A DNA stretch of 64,000 nucleotides from Longimicrobiales bacterium (lineage in GTDB: Bacteria > Gemmatimonadota > Gemmatimonadetes > Longimicrobiales > Gaopeijiaceae), in contig OZ241869.1 of assembly GCA_965202805.1 (NCBI GenBank), positions 992,001-1,056,000 on the forward strand, written 5' to 3'. The notes beneath the pieces were generated by a model. The model had not been told where the DNA came from. It ran no database searches and was given only the letters and a program-made list of their open reading frames with translations. Shown in pieces: positions 40,970-52,456 of the stretch. Position numbers and translations under genes: made by a program. Each line of letters begins with the position of its first letter. The stretch's first letter is position 1.

Positions 40970-41332
40970 ATGAACCGGATGCCCGGAATGGCTGAAACGG
41001 CGGGAACGGCCGGCACGCCGGAGGAGCAGCTCGCCCGCATGCGGGATGTAATGGGCGAGGTGACCGACCGGCTCATCGCGCTGATGGGGGAACGCCGCAG
41101 GCTCGCCATCGAGATCGGCAGGATCAAGGAGGAGCTGGGACTCCCGGTCCTCGACCCCGCGCGGGAGGCTCGCGTGGTGCGTCAGGCGGCCGAGCGGGCG
41201 CGCGAACTGGGCGTGGACCCGGAGATGGCGCGCGACATCCTGTGGCGCATCATCGCATCGGCGCGCGAGGCCCAGGGAGGCCGCCGGCCGGGATGGCCCG
41301 ACCCGCCGCCGTCGGAAGGCAGCGGCCGCTAA
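40970..41332 (+). CDS. Chorismate mutase (AroQ-type)
   Basis: L..ERRRLAIEIGRIK...PVLDPAREARV. Confidence 0.8.
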   Translation: MNRMPGMAETAGTAGTPEEQLARMRDVMGEVTDRLIALMGERRRLAIEIGRIKEELGLPVLDPAREARVVRQAAERARELGVDPEMARDILWRIIASAREAQGGRRPGWPDPPPSEGSGR

Positions 41333-41386
41333 CCCGGAGCTGGTGCCGGTAACCCGGGCTGGTGCCGCTAGCCCGGGCTGGTGCTA
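41330..41386. repeat. Three ~19-20-bp tandem copies TA(A/G)CCCGG(A)GCTGGTGC between convergent genes
   Basis: Units begin at 41330, 41350 and 41369. Confidence 0.8.
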
Positions 41387-41635
41387 GTTCGGGTTGACCG
41401 AAACGAACTGGCGGTTCCTGCGCCGCTCGAACTTCACCACCCCGTCGACCAGCGCGAACAGGGTGTCGTCGCCCCCCCTCCCCACGTTGGTGCCGGGATG
41501 GAAGCGGGTGCCGCGCTGGCGCACGAGGATGCTGCCCGCGGTCACGGGCTGTCCGCCGTAGCGCTTGACGCCCAGGAACTTCGGATTCGAGTCCCGTCCG
41601 TTTCGGCTTGAACCGACGCCTTTCTTGTGTGCCAT
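41384..41635 (-). CDS. rpmA: 50S ribosomal protein L27
   Basis: [30 protein letters not shown]. Confidence 0.97.
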   Translation of the reverse strand: MAHKKGVGSSRNGRDSNPKFLGVKRYGGQPVTAGSILVRQRGTRFHPGTNVGRGGDDTLFALVDGVVKFERRRNRQFVSVNPN

Positions 41636-41677
41636 CTCGATTCCTTCCCCGCTCGGCGTCCAGCAGCCCGCGGACTG

Positions 41678-41992
41678 CTAGGTGACGATCTCGTCAATGC
41701 GCACTTCGGTGAACTTCTGGCGATGCCCCTGCTTCTTGCGGTATCCCTTGCGGCGCTTGCGCTTGAAGATGATGAGCTTCCGGTCCTTGCCGTGCGCCAG
41801 CACCTCGGCCCGCACCGCGGCGCCTTCGACCGTGGGCGTCCCGACCTCCGGATCGCCGTCACCCCCGCCGGTCATCAGCACGCGGTCGAAGGTGACCGTG
41901 GAGCCCTCCTCGGCGGCGAGCGCCGGAATCCGCACCCGGAGGCCGGGCTCGGCCCTGAACTGCTTTCCGCCGGTTTCGAACACCGCGAACAT
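41678..41992 (-). CDS. rplU: 50S ribosomal protein L21
   Basis: MFAVFETGGKQ, FKRKRRKGYRKKQGHRQ. Confidence 0.97.
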   Translation of the reverse strand: MFAVFETGGKQFRAEPGLRVRIPALAAEEGSTVTFDRVLMTGGGDGDPEVGTPTVEGAAVRAEVLAHGKDRKLIIFKRKRRKGYRKKQGHRQKFTEVRIDEIVT

Positions 41993-42104
41993 GCCTGCCT
42001 CTTCGTGTTGCTGGAGATACCGGACACGGGATTGTGCTACGAAGCTCCGCAGCCCGAAAAAGCTACAGAGTCCCCCCGCGAGGTCAAGGGGAAGTCTCGG
42101 ACCG

Positions 42105-43619
42105 CTAGACGGTAGCGTACTTCCCGGTCACGTCCACCTGCGCCCGCCCGGAGAGCAGACGGAACTGGTCTTCGCCCAGCAGGGGATCGTCCCGCAAGCT
42201 GATCTCGAGGCCGGTCGCGCTCGACACCCGCTTGCGGAAGTCCGGCTCCGAGTCGAGCACGTGCAGCGCCACTTCGGGATGGATGCGCACCGTAAGAACG
42301 CGCTCGCTCCTGGCGGCCGCGACGCGCCTGAGGCTGCGTTCCACCCGGCGCATCACGGTGTCGGGCGCGAAGACGCGGCCCAGCCCTCCGCAGTGGGTGC
42401 ACGGCTCCGTGATCGAGGTGAAGATCGACGGGCGCACCCGCTGCCGGGTCATCTCGATCAGCCCGAGTTCGGACACGGCGAACGCGCGGGTGCGGGCCCG
42501 GTCGCGCCCCAGGTGGGTGCGGAGTTCGTGCAGCACCCGGTCGCGGTCCTTCTGCGTGTCCATGTCGATGAAGTCCACGACCACGATTCCGCCGACGTCG
42601 CGGAGCCGGAGCTGGCGGGCGATCTCGCGCGCCGCTTCCAGGTTGGTCTTCAGGATGAGCGAAGCAGGATCGTTCTTCTTCCTGCCGGCGAAGCGCCCGG
42701 TGTTCACGTCGATCGACACCAGCGCCTCGGTGGGCTCGATCACGAGATGGCCGCCGGACTTGAGCCCGACCTTGCGCCGGAAGGAGCGGTGGATCTCCTC
42801 CTCGATGCCGCGGACGTCGAACAGCGGCTCCTGGTCCCGATAGAGCTTCAACCGGTCCAGCAGATCGGGCGCCACGCTCCGTACGTAGTCCTCGATCTCG
42901 CCGAAAATGACGGGCGAATCCACCGTGAGCGAGTCGAACTTGTCGCTGAACAGGTCCCGGATGACCCCGCTGATCAGGCGCGCTTCGCGGCGCACGACCC
43001 CGGGCCCGGAAGCGGCCTTTGCGGTCCGCTGGATCTCCAGCCAGCTTCCGCGCAGGCTCTCGAACTCGCGCGCGAACCGCTTCTCGGTCGCCTCCTCCCC
43101 CACCGTGCGCACGATCACCCCGCCTGAATCGGCCGGAACCACCTTGCGGGCGAGGGCGCGCAGCCGCGACCGCTGCCTGCGGTCCTCGATCTTGCGGCTC
43201 ACGCCGACGCGCGACGAGAACGGCATGTAGACGAGGAAGCGGCCGGCCAGCGAGACCTGGGCGGTCAGACGCGCGCCCTTGGTGCCGATGGGCTCCTTGG
43301 TGACCTGCACGGTGACCCGGTCGCCCTTGTTCAGCAGCTTCTGAATCGAGCGCTGCTCGCCATCGCGGCCGTTCCTGGACGGTTCGCCGTCCTCGTGAAC
43401 CACATCCGAGACGTGCAGGAATCCCGCTTTCTCGACACCGATGTCCACGAAGGCGGCCTGGATGCCGGGTAGTACCGCCTCCACGCGCCCCAGGAATACG
43501 TCGCCCACCAGCCGACCCTGGTCCGGACGGTCCAGCATCAGCTCTACGAGTCTCTTGTCTTCCAGCAGCGCCACCCGCGTCTCGCGCGAGGACGCGCCGA
43601 TGATGATCTCTCTCCTCAA
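42105..43619 (-). CDS. Rne/Rng-family ribonuclease (RNase G-length)
   Basis: S1 domain AAFVDIG, KEPIGTKGARL, SIDVNTG, LRLRDVGGIVVVDFIDM, CTHCGG Zn link. Confidence 0.93.
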   Translation of the reverse strand: MRREIIIGASSRETRVALLEDKRLVELMLDRPDQGRLVGDVFLGRVEAVLPGIQAAFVDIGVEKAGFLHVSDVVHEDGEPSRNGRDGEQRSIQKLLNKGDRVTVQVTKEPIGTKGARLTAQVSLAGRFLVYMPFSSRVGVSRKIEDRRQRSRLRALARKVVPADSGGVIVRTVGEEATEKRFAREFESLRGSWLEIQRTAKAASGPGVVRREARLISGVIRDLFSDKFDSLTVDSPVIFGEIEDYVRSVAPDLLDRLKLYRDQEPLFDVRGIEEEIHRSFRRKVGLKSGGHLVIEPTEALVSIDVNTGRFAGRKKNDPASLILKTNLEAAREIARQLRLRDVGGIVVVDFIDMDTQKDRDRVLHELRTHLGRDRARTRAFAVSELGLIEMTRQRVRPSIFTSITEPCTHCGGLGRVFAPDTVMRRVERSLRRVAAARSERVLTVRIHPEVALHVLDSEPDFRKRVSSATGLEISLRDDPLLGEDQFRLLSGRAQVDVTGKYATV

Positions 43620-43669
43620 ATCCCTGGTTTCTCCGCGAGTCGCGGGGCCCGGGACCGCCCGAGGGCTCC

Positions 43670-44911
43670 CTACCCCGCCTTAAGCTCTGCGGCTCTTCCG
43701 CTTCCGCCGGCCTCGCGCACCAGGTGCCGAGCGATCAGCAAGCGCTGGATCTCGCTCGTGCCCTCTCCGATCTCGCACACTTTCGCGTCGCGAAACATCC
43801 GTTCCACCGGGTAGTCGTTCGTGTACCCGGCGCCTCCCATGAGCTCGACCGCTTCCGTGGTGGCGCGCATCGACAACTCCGAGGCGAACAGCTTCGCCAT
43901 GGAGGCTTCCTTCGAGAAGGGGCGTCCCTGATCCTTGAGCCAGGCCGCGTGGTACGTCAGGTGCTTGGCGGCCTGGATCCCCGTGGCCATGTCGGACAAG
44001 CGGAATTGAACCGCCTGAAAGTCGTAAATCCTGTGCCCGTAACGTTTCCGTTGCAACGTATACTCCAGGGCGGCGTCAAAAGCTCCCTCGGCGATGCCGA
44101 GCGCCAGCGCGGCGATCCCTATGCGTCCGGAGTCGAGGGTGCGCATGAAGTTGACGAAGCCCTCGCCCTCGGCCCCGAGCCGGTTCCCGGCCGGTACGAA
44201 GACATCGTCCAGCACCAGCTCGCGGGTGTCCGAAGCCCGCCACCCCATCTTGTCTTCCTTGCCGCCCGCCCGAACGCCCGCGGTGAAGTCCAGTTCCGCG
44301 CTGTGTCCCACCCCCAGACGGCGGGCCGTCTCCAGGTCGCACGTCGGCTTGGTGACGATGAAGCTGGTGATGCCGCGGGTGCCCCGCGCCGGATTGGTGA
44401 GCGCCGTGATGGTGAAGATCTCCCCGACGCCGGCGTGGGTGATGAAGATCTTGGATCCGTTGATGCGGTAGCCGTCTCCCTCTCGCACCGCGCGCGTGCG
44501 GGTGCCCGCCGAATCCGAACCCGCCGCCGGCTCGGTGAGCCCGAAGCCCCCCAGCACGCGGCCGCTGGCGAGCAGGGGCAGGTACCTCCGCTTCTGCGCC
44601 TCCGTGCCGAAGGTCAGGATCGGGCTGGCCCCCAGCGTGGTGTGCGCCGACACCGTGATGGCGTGGCTGGCGTCGTGACGCGCCAGTTCCTCGACAACGA
44701 GGATGTAGCTCAGATAGTCGCGTCCCATCCCCCCGTACTCTTCCGGGATGGGAACCCCCAGGAGCCCCATCTCGCCCATGGCGCGCACGTTCTCCCACGG
44801 GAAGGTCTGGCTGCGGTCGATCTCGCCGGCGATGGGCGCGATGTGTTCGAGGGCGAAGGCTCTGACCCGTTCGCGCAGGTGGGTGTGTTCCGGACGGAGA
44901 TAGGCTTCCAT
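43670..44911 (-). CDS. Acyl-CoA dehydrogenase
   Basis: [51 protein letters not shown]. Confidence 0.93.
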   Translation of the reverse strand: MEAYLRPEHTHLRERVRAFALEHIAPIAGEIDRSQTFPWENVRAMGEMGLLGVPIPEEYGGMGRDYLSYILVVEELARHDASHAITVSAHTTLGASPILTFGTEAQKRRYLPLLASGRVLGGFGLTEPAAGSDSAGTRTRAVREGDGYRINGSKIFITHAGVGEIFTITALTNPARGTRGITSFIVTKPTCDLETARRLGVGHSAELDFTAGVRAGGKEDKMGWRASDTRELVLDDVFVPAGNRLGAEGEGFVNFMRTLDSGRIGIAALALGIAEGAFDAALEYTLQRKRYGHRIYDFQAVQFRLSDMATGIQAAKHLTYHAAWLKDQGRPFSKEASMAKLFASELSMRATTEAVELMGGAGYTNDYPVERMFRDAKVCEIGEGTSEIQRLLIARHLVREAGGSGRAAELKAG

Positions 44912-44919
44912 CACTCCAT

Positions 44920-45000
44920 CTCCAATTCATGTGTTACTTCATGTGATATACGGTAACTCATTTATTATTTCATGTTTATATGATGTACAACATAAGGACA
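44920..45000. promoter_or_regulatory. AT-rich regulatory region upstream of the acyl-CoA dehydrogenase with TTCATGT direct repeats
   Basis: Abrupt AT-rich stretch; TTCATGT at 44926, 44938 and 44969. Confidence 0.5.
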
Positions 45001-45125
45001 ACGAAGGCCCGTATCCGGGTTGGAGGGGGCGCAACACATGTGGAAATGTACACCGCGGGCGTCGATAGGATGCGGGCGAGCCGCGCTGGCGCGCGGTTGC
45101 CGCGACCCGAGGCGCGGGGTGCCGG

Positions 45126-46283
45126 TCAGGGGATGAAGCCGATCTCCCAGATGCCGACGCGGAGGTGGCCCGCGCCCAGAAACTCGCCCGCCCACAGAGC
45201 GTCGTCCCCCAGGAAGTCGACAACCACGACTCCTTCCATCCTGGTGCGGGCGATCACGGTCGCCGTGGTGAGGTCGATGACGTCGATGTGGCCGTCCATC
45301 CGGTCAATGGTCTCGAGGCCGGGCTTCATCTCGAGCGTTACGCGCCCGTCGGGTCCGCGGCGCTCCTCCATCATGTCCAGCCAGTCGTCCCGGAGCTGCC
45401 ATGACATCACCCATAGCCGATCCTCGGAATCGACGCGCAGTGCGCGAATCGTGCTGGAGGGAGGGTTGTCCGGGGACTCCGGAGCTTCCGGGTCGCGGGG
45501 CGGATCGTTGAACCCGGGCTGGAGGAAGCCCGTGACTCGGCGGCCTTCCTCGTTCCACACCTCGATCTCGTAACGGCGGTATACCGGCGAAGAGAAGGTC
45601 CGGTCCGCGGCGTCCGTGGTGATGATCCGGTGGAACTGCGTCGAAGCCGACCGATCATTCGCGAGGACGATCCTGCCCCCGAAGGATCCTGCGATCTCTG
45701 CACCGAGCAGTATGTGGAGAGGCAGGTCGCGGGCATCGGGAGTGGGGTGCTCCATGTTCAGCACCCACCGCTCGCCATCCCCGAGGGGACGAACGGCGTG
45801 GATGAACCCGGGCAGTCTCTCGTCCTCGATGAGCGCGAAGTCCGGACCTACTACGCTATGGCGGAAGTTCCCGTTGTCGAAGATGTGTATGCGACCCTCC
45901 CGGTCCGTGTGCACGGGCATTGCGTTTTGCCATTCCAGAGGGCCCTCGCCTGCGCGGCCGACTTCTCCCACGTACTCGCCGGACGCGTCGAAGACCTTCA
46001 CCGCCTCGTACTGACCGAACCAGTAGTTGCCGGCGCTGTCGCGCACCATGTGGAACGCTGCGCGCAGATACCCGTCCCCGATCGTGTCGCCCAGGACAAG
46101 CACCCGCTCGAGGGTGATGCAATCCTCGCACAGGGACTCCGATTCGCGGATCAGGCGCATCTCGGTGCTGTCGGTGACGTCGGTCCAGTGGGCGCGGGGG
46201 GGCTCGTCGGGCTCCGAGCAACCGAGGAAGAGGCAGGGAGCGACGAGGGTCGCGAAGACGGCGACGGACCTGGAGATGCTCAT
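45126..46283 (-). CDS. Beta-propeller-type hypothetical lipoprotein
   Basis: Lipobox FLGC, GRAGEGPLEW motif of the 6-bladed propeller family, VDSEDRLWV. Confidence 0.7.
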   Translation of the reverse strand: MSISRSVAVFATLVAPCLFLGCSEPDEPPRAHWTDVTDSTEMRLIRESESLCEDCITLERVLVLGDTIGDGYLRAAFHMVRDSAGNYWFGQYEAVKVFDASGEYVGEVGRAGEGPLEWQNAMPVHTDREGRIHIFDNGNFRHSVVGPDFALIEDERLPGFIHAVRPLGDGERWVLNMEHPTPDARDLPLHILLGAEIAGSFGGRIVLANDRSASTQFHRIITTDAADRTFSSPVYRRYEIEVWNEEGRRVTGFLQPGFNDPPRDPEAPESPDNPPSSTIRALRVDSEDRLWVMSWQLRDDWLDMMEERRGPDGRVTLEMKPGLETIDRMDGHIDVIDLTTATVIARTRMEGVVVVDFLGDDALWAGEFLGAGHLRVGIWEIGFIP

Positions 46284-46588
46284 GCCATGGGAATCCTGAG
46301 TGGAGTTGTCACGAGGGAGTTCGCGGCCTGAGCCGGAGCCCGTCGTGGGTGGGCAGCGGCCGGACCTTGAGCCGTCCTGGTGGGCGTCACCACCTCTGCC
46401 GCTCCTGCGGGGCGCGGGAAGGGCTCGGGCCTGCGGGCGTCAAGGTAGGGGACAGCCCTTCGGGTTCGCCACCGGATGGCGCGCGGATCGGCCCTGGTGC
46501 CCTGCGCGTCCTCGCGTCATCACCCGCGTATTACGGTTGTATTACACTCCTTGCCGCGATGCGCCGGGTCGGCCCCTTCCTGCAACGG

Positions 46589-48100
<1,512 letters not shown>

Positions 48101-48369
48101 GGACCTGAAAGCTCGGCGCGGAGCCGGGGCGCTTCCATGGCCGGAGGGGACGATCTGCCCGAGGTGCCACGCCAGGAACGCGATCCTGGAAGGCAACACC
48201 GGCCGCATCGCATCGATGCCCCGGGAGTATCGATGCTCCGGGAGCGGTGCCTGTCCCGAGCGCGAGTTCTATACTGGATGCGCTGCTTGCGAAACGCGCC
48301 GCCGGTGACCCGACACGCTGGTCGGGCGAAACGGGTGCGGACCACGGCATCTACCGAGGAGAGAGGGCT

Positions 48370-49623
48370 ATGCGATATCGAACCATCCGGACCCGCGTGT
48401 TGCTGGCTGGAGGACTTGCTGCCGTGGCGGGGGCGCTGGCCTGCGCGCAGGATCCCGGGCAGGGCGCCCCGGGCGACGCCGGCGCGCTCGACGCCGATGC
48501 CGGCAACGGCGACGAACCCGTCCACTCCTCCGCGCGCCACGACTTCCGCGTGGTTACGGTCGCCGAGGGCCTCGACCACCCCTGGTCCATGGCGTGGCTG
48601 CCGAGCGGCGAGATGCTGATCGTCGAGCGGCCCGGGCGCCTGCGCGTGGTGCGCGACGGCGTGCTCCAGCCGGAGCCGGTGGCGGGCTGGCCGGAGGTCT
48701 ATCGGGACGAGGGCCAGGGGGGGTTCATGGACATCCTCCCCCACCCCGACTTCGCGGACAACCGCTGGCTCTACCTGAGCTACGGCAAGCCCAGCGAGGA
48801 CGGGGCCGAGGGCACCACTACGGTCGTGAGAGGGCGCTGGGACGATGGCCGGGTCACCGAGGTGGCAGAGATCTTCGAGTCCGATGCCTGGCATGGCAAC
48901 AACAACCACTTCTCGGGGCGCATGGCCTTCGGCCTGGACGGCTACCTGTACCTGACCGTCGGCGACCGCATGTTCGACCCCGACATGATGGCCGACCACC
49001 CGGCGCTGGACGTGACCAACCACATGGGCACCATCGTGCGCCTGCACGACGATGGCCGGGTGCCCGACGACAACCCGTTCGCGGGGGGCGGTGACGCGCT
49101 GCCCGAGATCTGGAGCTACGGACATCGCAACCTGCAGGGCCTCGCGGTGGATCCGGGCACCGGGGATGTCTGGTCAAACGAGCACGGGCCCCGGGGCGGC
49201 GACGAGCTCAACCTGATTTCGGCAGGAGGCAACTACGGCTGGCCGGTGGTCTCCCACGGCATCAACTACGACGGCACGGTCTACACGACGGCGGCATCCG
49301 GGGACGGGGTGGAGTCCCCGCGCTTCGTGTGGACGCCGTCCATCGGCATCTCCGGCATGATGATCTACCGCGGCGACGCGTTCCCCTGGTGGAAGGGCAG
49401 CGCGTTCGCGGGCGGCATGGTGGGCGAGCAGCTCGCGCGGGTCACTCTCGAGGGCACGGACGCGCTCGGGGTCGAGACGCTGCTGCACGGTGAGCTGGGC
49501 CGCATCCGGGACGTGCGCGAGGGTCCCGACGGGCTCATCTATCTCGCTCTGGAGCACGCGGAGGAGCTTACCGCGGTCGTGCGGCTCGAGCCCGTGGCGA
49601 GCGATGTGATGCCGCCGGAGTAA
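48370..49623 (+). CDS. PQQ-dependent sugar dehydrogenase (YliI/Asd-like) lipoprotein
   Basis: GLDHPWSMAW, GQGG, SYGHRN.QG, EHGPRGGDELN, GRIRDV. Confidence 0.88.
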   Translation: MRYRTIRTRVLLAGGLAAVAGALACAQDPGQGAPGDAGALDADAGNGDEPVHSSARHDFRVVTVAEGLDHPWSMAWLPSGEMLIVERPGRLRVVRDGVLQPEPVAGWPEVYRDEGQGGFMDILPHPDFADNRWLYLSYGKPSEDGAEGTTTVVRGRWDDGRVTEVAEIFESDAWHGNNNHFSGRMAFGLDGYLYLTVGDRMFDPDMMADHPALDVTNHMGTIVRLHDDGRVPDDNPFAGGGDALPEIWSYGHRNLQGLAVDPGTGDVWSNEHGPRGGDELNLISAGGNYGWPVVSHGINYDGTVYTTAASGDGVESPRFVWTPSIGISGMMIYRGDAFPWWKGSAFAGGMVGEQLARVTLEGTDALGVETLLHGELGRIRDVREGPDGLIYLALEHAEELTAVVRLEPVASDVMPPE

Positions 49624-49704
49624 GCCTCACCTGCGGCGACGACTGTGTGACGACGCTGCGGGGTCCGCTCGCCTCCGCCTGATGCTGCCCGGAAAATCTC
49701 TTTG

Positions 49705-50832
49705 CTATTCCGGGAAGCCAGCCTCGGGCATGTTGGGGATGATCCGGAGCGCGTTCGCGTAGTACACTTTGCGCAGAACGTCATCCGGAAGCCCCATGCC
49801 GTAGAGCTTCCAGAAGGCGTGGTAGTTCCGGTAGTAGTCGAAGTACTCGTCCTCGGTCTCGAAGACGCGCCAGTAGTAGGGATACTCGTCCGGCTGGAAG
49901 GAATCCTTCCCGAACAGGATGCGGTCCTGGTACCTGACGAAGAAATCGCGCGCGAAGCGGGGCTGGCGCCCGAGATCGTACAGCACCGCCCCGACTTCCC
50001 CGTGGACGTTCGGGAAGCGGTCGAAGAGGTCGCCCAGGCGCGCGAGATCCTGGGTATGCCATCCCATGTGCGCCAGCACCCAGGTCGTGTTGGGATGCTT
50101 CGCCAGCATCCGGTCGCGCTCGGCCATCAGCTCCTCGAAGGACGGGAAGCGTTCGCGGTCGAAGAAGCGGCGGTTGGGGAAGATGGCCAATTCGAGCCAG
50201 CGCTCGTTTTCGTAGTCGAGGGGCTGGAAGAACTCGGCGGGATCGGCCGTGTGGACGAAGACCGGGATCCCGAGGCGGGCCGCGGTCTCCCACACGATGT
50301 CGAGTTCGGGGTCGTCGAGCTGGAGGCGGGTGCCGTCGGCCTTGCGAGTCGTGAGCCCGAACTGCTTGCCGATCTCGCCGATGCCGACTGCCCCGGCGCG
50401 CACGTCCTCTTCCAGCCGGGCCGCGATGCGGGCACCCGAGCCGGGACCCACGTTGCGCAGGTCGAGGGTGGTGAAGAAGACGAAGCGATCCGCGTGGCCG
50501 GCGGCGCGCACCGCTTCGATCTGCCGGGTGAGGCGGCTGCCGGAGCTGCCCCGCGCCTGGACGATGACCTGCAGGTTCAGGTCGTCCATTGCGGCTACGA
50601 CCCGCTCGATGGTGGCCGGGTCGGCGAGCGACGGGGGATGCCCGTGGAGGTCGACAACCGGGAATTTCGCCCGCGGCACCGGGTTCTCGGGGACTACCAG
50701 GGTGGAGCGCGGCTGGTATTCGGTGATGCTCGGCGGCGGGAGGGTCGGCTGCGCGAAGTTCGGCCGACGGCCCTGCGCGGCCAGCGTGGCGGGCAGGAGA
50801 AGCAGCGCGGCGATCGGTGCGGTTCGGCGCAT
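49705..50832 (-). CDS. Amidohydrolase-2 family protein, secreted
   Basis: Signal peptide, DLHGH, VHTADP, AHMG, RILFGKD. Confidence 0.85.
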   Translation of the reverse strand: MRRTAPIAALLLLPATLAAQGRRPNFAQPTLPPPSITEYQPRSTLVVPENPVPRAKFPVVDLHGHPPSLADPATIERVVAAMDDLNLQVIVQARGSSGSRLTRQIEAVRAAGHADRFVFFTTLDLRNVGPGSGARIAARLEEDVRAGAVGIGEIGKQFGLTTRKADGTRLQLDDPELDIVWETAARLGIPVFVHTADPAEFFQPLDYENERWLELAIFPNRRFFDRERFPSFEELMAERDRMLAKHPNTTWVLAHMGWHTQDLARLGDLFDRFPNVHGEVGAVLYDLGRQPRFARDFFVRYQDRILFGKDSFQPDEYPYYWRVFETEDEYFDYYRNYHAFWKLYGMGLPDDVLRKVYYANALRIIPNMPEAGFPE

Positions 50833-51032
50833 GGGCGGGTGCTCCGGCGTGAGAGTGATCGGACACTCGGGGCGAGACGCGGATTGCGTTCGCGGCACGG
50901 AGACCGCGGGCCCCGGACGCATTCTGCAACTTGGCGAGAGGAGGCGGCGCCAGCCATGCCCGCCGGGCGTCTCCGCGGGCAGGAGGACCGGCTTCCTGAC
51001 TCTGGCGGAGTTGCCTTCGCCTGCCAAGCCAG

Positions 51033-51074
51033 TCTTTTGTCCGCCATTTCTTGCCGAAAGTGGCGGACAAAAGA
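51033..51074. repeat. Perfect 14-bp inverted repeat (TCTTTTGTCCGCCA-N14-TGGCGGACAAAAGA)
   Basis: Read directly in the divergent intergenic region. Confidence 0.85.
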
Positions 51075-51218
51075 GGTCGTCGGCGCCAACCCCCCGCCGG
51101 GGCCGCCGAGAGTTGGCCCGTTGCGGGAGACCCGTGCCATGTTGTGGGTGACCCCTTCCTCGAACCCCATGGTGGCCGGGACGCCCGGTCCGGGCCCACC
51201 GCAGTACCGGAGGTCGTC

Positions 51219-52301
51219 ATGACCAGTTCGTCGTTGCCACGGAGCACGCCCGCCTCGGTGTTGCCGTTTCTGCTGCTCGGGGTCGTTCCGCCCGCCGCCG
51301 CCCAGGAGCCGGTGGCCTGGGGGGAGGACCTGGTGTTCAACACCTTCTCGATCGTCGGCATCGACCCGGAGACGGGGGAGTCCGGAGTGGCGGTCACCAC
51401 GCGGGTGGCGTGTGTCGGCAACGCCGTCCCGTGGGTGCGGCCGGGGGTGGGGGCGGTCGCGACCCAGGGCGGCACCCGGCTCGAGTACGGGCACGACCTC
51501 CTCGACCTGCTGGAGCAGGGCGTCGCGCCCCGGGAAGCGATGGACCGCGTGGTGGCCGCGGATGAAGGCCGGGAGCGCAGGCAGGTCGGCGTCATCGACA
51601 TGCAGGGCCGGTCGGCGCAGTGGACCGGATCCGGCCAGTACGGGGCCGAGGACCGGGGCGACTGGGTCTGGGAGCGCACGGGCCTCAACTACGCCGCGCA
51701 GGGCAACGCGCTGGTGAGCACCTCGGTGGTCGACTCGGTGGCGGTCGCGTTCGAACGGACGGAGGGGTCGGGGCGCCATCTCGCCGACCGGCTGATCGAG
51801 GCCCTCTACGCCGGGCAGGTGCTGGGCGGGGACGGTCGCCACGGCCGTACGCAGTCGGCGGCGGTGCTGGTCGCGGATCCGCGGCCGGGCATGTCACGCC
51901 GCCAGGACGGGGTCACGACCGACATCAACGTCTGCGAACACCCGGAGCCGATACGGGAGGTGCGGCGCATCTACGACACGATCTCGGAGACGCTCGGCTT
52001 CCGCAGCCTCCAGCAGTTCGCCGGCCGCGACGTCCTCCAGCTCAAGGTGATGCTGCACGCGCTGGGGTACTACCGGCCGGATTCGGCGCCGCCCTCCACG
52101 GAAATGACGGACGCGCTCCTCTACGACCGGGAGACGGTGGAGGCGGTGGACGCCTTCCGCGCGGCTCAGGCCTGGCAGACCGCCGTGCCCGGGTGGGTGG
52201 ACGACAACACCATCGCGCGCCTGTGGAGCCGGCTGGAGGAGGCGGGGATCGCCGACGAGGTGCGCCAGCGGCTGCGCGAGGTGGTGCGGGTGAGGCGGTA
52301 G
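51219..52301 (+). CDS. DUF1028 (Ntn-hydrolase-like) protein with C-terminal peptidoglycan-binding-like domain
   Basis: NTFSIVGIDP..GE.GVAV, GVGAVATQ, AAQGN.L, GGDGR..QSAA. Confidence 0.82.
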   Translation: MTSSSLPRSTPASVLPFLLLGVVPPAAAQEPVAWGEDLVFNTFSIVGIDPETGESGVAVTTRVACVGNAVPWVRPGVGAVATQGGTRLEYGHDLLDLLEQGVAPREAMDRVVAADEGRERRQVGVIDMQGRSAQWTGSGQYGAEDRGDWVWERTGLNYAAQGNALVSTSVVDSVAVAFERTEGSGRHLADRLIEALYAGQVLGGDGRHGRTQSAAVLVADPRPGMSRRQDGVTTDINVCEHPEPIREVRRIYDTISETLGFRSLQQFAGRDVLQLKVMLHALGYYRPDSAPPSTEMTDALLYDRETVEAVDAFRAAQAWQTAVPGWVDDNTIARLWSRLEEAGIADEVRQRLREVVRVRR

Positions 52302-52456
52302 GAGAAGAACTCAGCGATGCTCGCGGCGCAGCACGACGCCCGGTCGCTGGCGGGCGGTGCGGCGAGCGGGGCACGTACAACGGCCGGGGTTGGGCGGCGT
52401 TATATTGGAGGATTGGGCGAGCAATCGGAAGCGTGGCGATGCGGCATGGTGGAGAG

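Noticed and set aside
41330..41386. Possible mini CRISPR array
   Set aside because: Units are directly tandem with no unique spacers, and there are no cas genes in the window
51620..52456. Long N-terminal extensions in the ORF track (M20 peptidase, thiolase, acnA, relaxase, carboxyltransferase) suggesting fusions
   Set aside because: The extensions overlap upstream genes in other frames and lack domain features; true starts lie downstream
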